A stretch of DNA of 55,488 nucleotides, from contig NW_021833709.1 of the NCBI RefSeq assembly GCF_006345805.1, positions 1-55,488 of the forward strand, read 5' to 3'. Below, piece after piece: positions 51,001 to 55,488 of the stretch (its first letter is position 1; every line of letters begins with the position of its first letter). The position numbers and the translations under genes are program-made. Source of the stretch: Octopus sinensis. Its lineage: Eukaryota. Under the pieces are notes generated by a model, which had not been told where the DNA came from, searched no databases, and saw nothing but the letters and a program-made list of their open reading frames with translations.

Positions 51001-52120
51001 AAAAGAAAAGAAAAAAAGAAAAGAAAAGAAGAGGGGCCAGCGGACGTGACGCGTGCAACGGCTGCGGAACGGAAGAAAAGGGGTGGGGATAGGGCGAAAA
51101 CAAGAAGAGAGGAAAGCGTCATTTGGTGGTGTCGACGGTACTGATGATTGTGGAGTTGATGGTAGTGATGGTGGTGGTGGTGGTGGTGGTGGCGGCGGTG
51201 GTGATGATTGTGATGATTGTGGTAGTGATGGATGTGGCGGTGGTGCTGGAGGTGGTGGTTGGAGGTGGCGTATGTGTGTGTGTGGTTTCATGGGAGTGTG
51301 TGAGGAGGGACCCATCTACGCGTAACTACTTCTCCTTTCACTCTCCACTCTCTCTCTCTCTCTCTCTTCCCATGTGCACCCGTACCGTACATCCTCCATC
51401 TCGGGAGTCTGTCATATGACCTTCCGCCTCCTTTCACACCGGGCAAAAAAAAAAAAGAAAAAAAAAACCTGACCCTAAACCTTCTTAGCCCACCGCCCCT
51501 CCTCTCAACCCCGACAACTCTCCGCCTGTCACTGCCGCCCATTCCGCAAAACCACTTCAACCCGACAAATGCTCACAAAGCACCACACAAACCTCCGTAT
51601 TCGTATTATCGTCACCAACGTCCATCACATACACACACACACAACGGACGGACGGTCACTTCACACACACGCGTGCGCACACACACACATATATATATAT
51701 ATGTGTGTGTGTGTGTGTTGGTGTGTGTGTGTGTGTGTGTGTGTGTGTCTCCGTATGTGCGTGCCATTATGGTGCAAATTCATAAATATATACTGAAGAG
51801 AATGATTTTATCAATTAGCAGACAGACAGCTTGGCAGACAGACATAAGATATACATATTTAGATAGATAGATAGATAAGTTTCTTTATTGGCCACACAGG
51901 GCTGCACACAGACGGGACGAGTTACAAGGTAGAGCTTTTCTTTTGGGGGATGAAAAAAAGAAAAAGAAAAAAAAAGAAAAAAAAAAGGTGGCGTAGGTTT
52001 TCGATCAAAAGGGATCGTAAAAGGGAAAGATAGATAGATAGATAGATATATGGATGGATGGATGGATGGATGGATGGATGGATGGATGGATGGATGGATA
52101 GATAGATAGATAGATAGATG

Positions 52121-52159
<39 letters not shown>

Positions 52160-52192
52160 GGATGGATGGATGGATGGATGGATGGATGGATG

Positions 52193-52242
<50 letters not shown>

Positions 52243-52412
52243 ATGATAGATAGATAGATAAGATACATAGATCTAGCAATATACATAAACTGACATATAC
52301 ATAGGCTTATATAAGCACATATGCAGACACACACACACGTTGTATAAGTCAAACCAAATATTGAATTTTTTGTTAAATAGACGTATATATAATATATATA
52401 TATATATATATA

Positions 52413-52444
<32 letters not shown>

Positions 52445-52545
52445 TTGGTTTACATATGTATGCATATATGTAATATATATATATATATAATATGTACATA
52501 TGTGGTGTGTATATATATATATAAAAGAGTAAGAGTATATATAAT

Positions 52546-52595
<50 letters not shown>

Positions 52596-52909
52596 ACGTA
52601 TGTATGTATGTATTTATATACATAATGTTTATACATGCATGTATTTGTTGTGTGTGTGTGTATGCGGGTGTGTGTGTGTGTTGCATACTTGCGTGTAGAA
52701 AAAAGATACACTGAACACATAGGTAATAATTGCTTCTAACGGCGACACCTAGTGATTAATCGATCCCAAGAGATCCAATAGCAGTTTTCTTTTTTCTTTT
52801 TTTTTTGTTGTCCTTTTGCTTCTTTTGTTTTTTATCGATCCAAAATAAACACGAATGCTAAGGACGGGATTTGAGCTTTAGAATTCAGAATTCAAAAAAC
52901 CGGATTAAA

Positions 52910-53697
52910 TATCTATTTCTTTACTACCCACAAGGGGCTAAACACAGAGAGGACAAACAAGGACAGACAAACGGATCAAGTCGATTACATCGACTCCAGT
53001 GCGCAACTGGTACTTAATTTATCGACCCCGAAAGGATGAAAGGCAAAGTCGACCTCTGCAGAATTTGAACTCCGAACGTAAAGACAGACGAAATACCGCT
53101 TAGCATGCTCGCTACCATAATAATCCTTTCTACTGGTAGTAAAAGGCCTCTAATTTAGGAAAAGGGATTAAGTCGACTACATCGACCCCACAGCTCAAAG
53201 TGGTACTTATTTTAATCGACCCCAAAAGGATGAAAGGCAAAGTCGACCTAGGCGGAATTTGAACTCTGAACGTAGCGGCAGACGAAATACCTATTTCTTT
53301 ATTACCTACTATGAGCTAAACACAGAGAGGACAAACAAGCACAGACAGACGGATTAAGTCGATTACATCGACCCCCAGTGCGTAACTGGTACTTAATTTA
53401 TCGATCCCGAAAGGATGAAATGCAAAGTCGACCTCGGCGGAATTTGAACTCACTACGTAACGGCAGACGAAAAACCTATTTCTTTACTACCCACAAGGGG
53501 CTAAACATAGAGAGGACAAACAAGGAGAGACAAACGGATTAAGTCGATTACATCGACCCCAGTGCGTAACTGGTACTTAATTTATCCACCCCGAAAGGAT
53601 GAAAGGCAAAGTCGACCTCGGCTTAATTTGAACTCTGAACGTAACGGCAGACGAAATACCTATTTCTTTACTACCCACAAGGGGCTACACACAGAGG
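52910..53697 (-). mobile_element. Family B SINE cluster: monomer (52910-53125) plus 184/185-bp tandem array (53126-53697)
   Basis: Junctions gaaatacctatttc at 53284, 53469 and 53653. Confidence 0.85.
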
Positions 53698-53873
53698 ATG
53701 TGCAGATTAGTTACGGTTCAGTTCTGTGCATTATCACTGAAGATTTGGGCATGAGACGAGTGCCTGCCAAGTTTGTGCCAAAACGGCTTTCAACTGAGCA
53801 AAAAGACACTCCGGTCTCAGTATCACAAGATCTACATGACTGTATTAAGAACGATGAAAATGCTTTGAAAACT
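53698..53873 (+). pseudogene. Mariner transposase internal fragment
   Basis: DVQISYGSVLCIITEDLGMRRVPAKFVPKRLSTEQK...SQDL (linker motif of the WVP/FVPKxL type). Confidence 0.8.
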
Positions 53874-54146
53874 ATGCGCAGGCCTCTGTGCAGGTATCGC
53901 CAAGCCTTTAGCAAAATCTGGTGCAGATTCTCTGCTCAGCTTTGTCTATTATGGTCAATGTGACGATTACATACTACACACGTTCCTTCCGAGCGCTGCT
54001 GTAAACAGCGGAAGTGAGCTAGATCGTTAAAACTTAGTGCGCATGCACAGGATAGTTCACGGCCAATCTGTGCTAAGTGGCTTCACTATGCGTGATTTAG
54101 CTTCGTTACTATAGCGACAGTCCGGATACTTATTGATCAGACCACG
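53874..54146 (-). mobile_element. Mariner 5' end (TIR, leader, N-terminus), inverted relative to the internal fragment
   Basis: Minus: TA-cgtggtctgatcaataagtatccggac, then KAEQRICTRFC*RLGDTCTEA. Confidence 0.75.
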
Positions 54147-54276
54147 TATGTATTCACATGTTTATGTATGTGTGTGTTTATAGCTGTTTCCTAATTTACC
54201 TGTAGAACGTTCTCTTTGAAAAAATGCCTCTATCAGACGAATTAAGATGTGCTTTAGGAGGTTGATATGAGGCTAG

Positions 54277-54691
54277 GGATATTTTCGGTTTGAACGGCAG
54301 TTTTTTCTAGCGGTGTCATATGAAATTGTCACCCATAATTATGACCCTAGTATCGATCTATTGCATTTCAATCTGTTTTAGGGTTAGGGGTGGAGGGAAG
54401 GGTATCTTTTTTTCTTCACAAATGTAAATAAACCCAATCTGTTTCTTAAACGAGGGACATATTCATACGGCACAGAATGCTTTTTTTTTTACCTCAATGG
54501 ACATCAGTGATTAGTTGAAATTGCAGAAATTGAAGAAAAAAACAACAAATATCTTACAAACTCTAGAATGTTCTCAATAAAGCCAAGAGAAAAAGATGTT
54601 TTATAAACACATTCTACCAGTATACGAAGTTTAAAATATTTTAGTTACCTAGAAATTATGTTAAAAACTGCCGTTCAAACCGAAAAGATCC
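54277..54691. mobile_element. MITE copy 5 (no TSD)
   Basis: Both TIRs present. Confidence 0.88.
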
Positions 54692-54799
54692 GCCAAGAAC
54701 TCTCGTAACCCCAAAAGTCTTGTCGTGTTGTTAGTGACCGTTTTGAACACTCTTGAGAAGAACTTGCATAAAAACTCAAAGAAAAAACATACATATGTA

Positions 54800-55188
54800 G
54801 GAGCGTAGGATTGGCTGTGTGGTAAGTAGCATGCTCACGAACCACATGGTTCCGGGTTCAGTCCCAATGCGTGTCACCTTGGGCAAGTGTCTTCTACTAT
54901 ACCCTCGAGGCGACCAAAAGCCTTGTGAGTGGATTTGGTAGACGGAAACTGAAAGAAGCTCGTCGTATATATGTATACGTTTGTGTTTATGTTTGTGCCT
55001 CTGTTTGTCCCCCACCCACCCAATATCGCTTGACAGCCGATGCTGGTGTGTTGCGGTTCAGCAAAAAGAGACCGATAGAATAAGTACTACGCTTAGAAAG
55101 AAAGAATAAGTCCTGGGGTCGAATTGCTCGACTTAATGCGGGGCTCCATGGCTGCAGTCAAATGACTGAAACAAGTAAAAGAGAGTAA
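54800..55188 (+). mobile_element. SINE family A
   Basis: Head-core-tail. Confidence 0.82.
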
Positions 55189-55381
55189 AATATGCATATA
55201 AATTCCTTCATATAAATACGTCTATGTGTATGTTGTGTGTGTGTATGTAGTATCAGTAGGATTTGCTAGACTCCAGGTATTTCAAAATGCAGGATTGCCA
55301 AAGATAATCGGACAGTGGTCTGAATGTATACGAGTGCATGCAGACAAACATATATACGTATATGTAAAACATACATATACC

Positions 55382-55412
<31 letters not shown>

Positions 55413-55488
55413 CTTACACACACACACATATACACACATACATATATGTATGTGCGTATAAATACATGTGTTATAACTCTGTCTATCT

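Overview
This is an AT-rich, microsatellite-dense animal genomic window. Its repeat families, tRNA-Arg-like SINE heads and (TA)n/(TATG)n/(GATA)n load look like an octopus (coleoid cephalopod) genome; that taxon is inferred, not proven. I found no host protein-coding gene that I can identify, and almost all ORFs in the supplied track are microsatellite or SINE artefacts. The window is a transposon graveyard. It holds about 35 tRNA-derived SINE copies from at least 4 modular families, five copies of a ~425-bp MITE with 8-bp TSDs and internal TTAGGG repeats, Helitron-like elements and a pogo-like MITE. It also holds two mariner remnants and fragments of CR1-, RTE-, RLE(R4/Hero)- and L1/Tx1-type LINEs, plus a Penelope-like GIY-YIG fragment. 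The most notable signal is about a dozen hammerhead-ribozyme-like motifs (CUGANGA...GAAA) from at least four sequence families. All have a self-complementary stem III and sit in short Penelope-LTR-like units next to microsatellites, and several are embedded in 85-100 bp fold-back inversions. Also notable are multimeric SINEs with a recurrent identical junction, and several template-switch palindromes.
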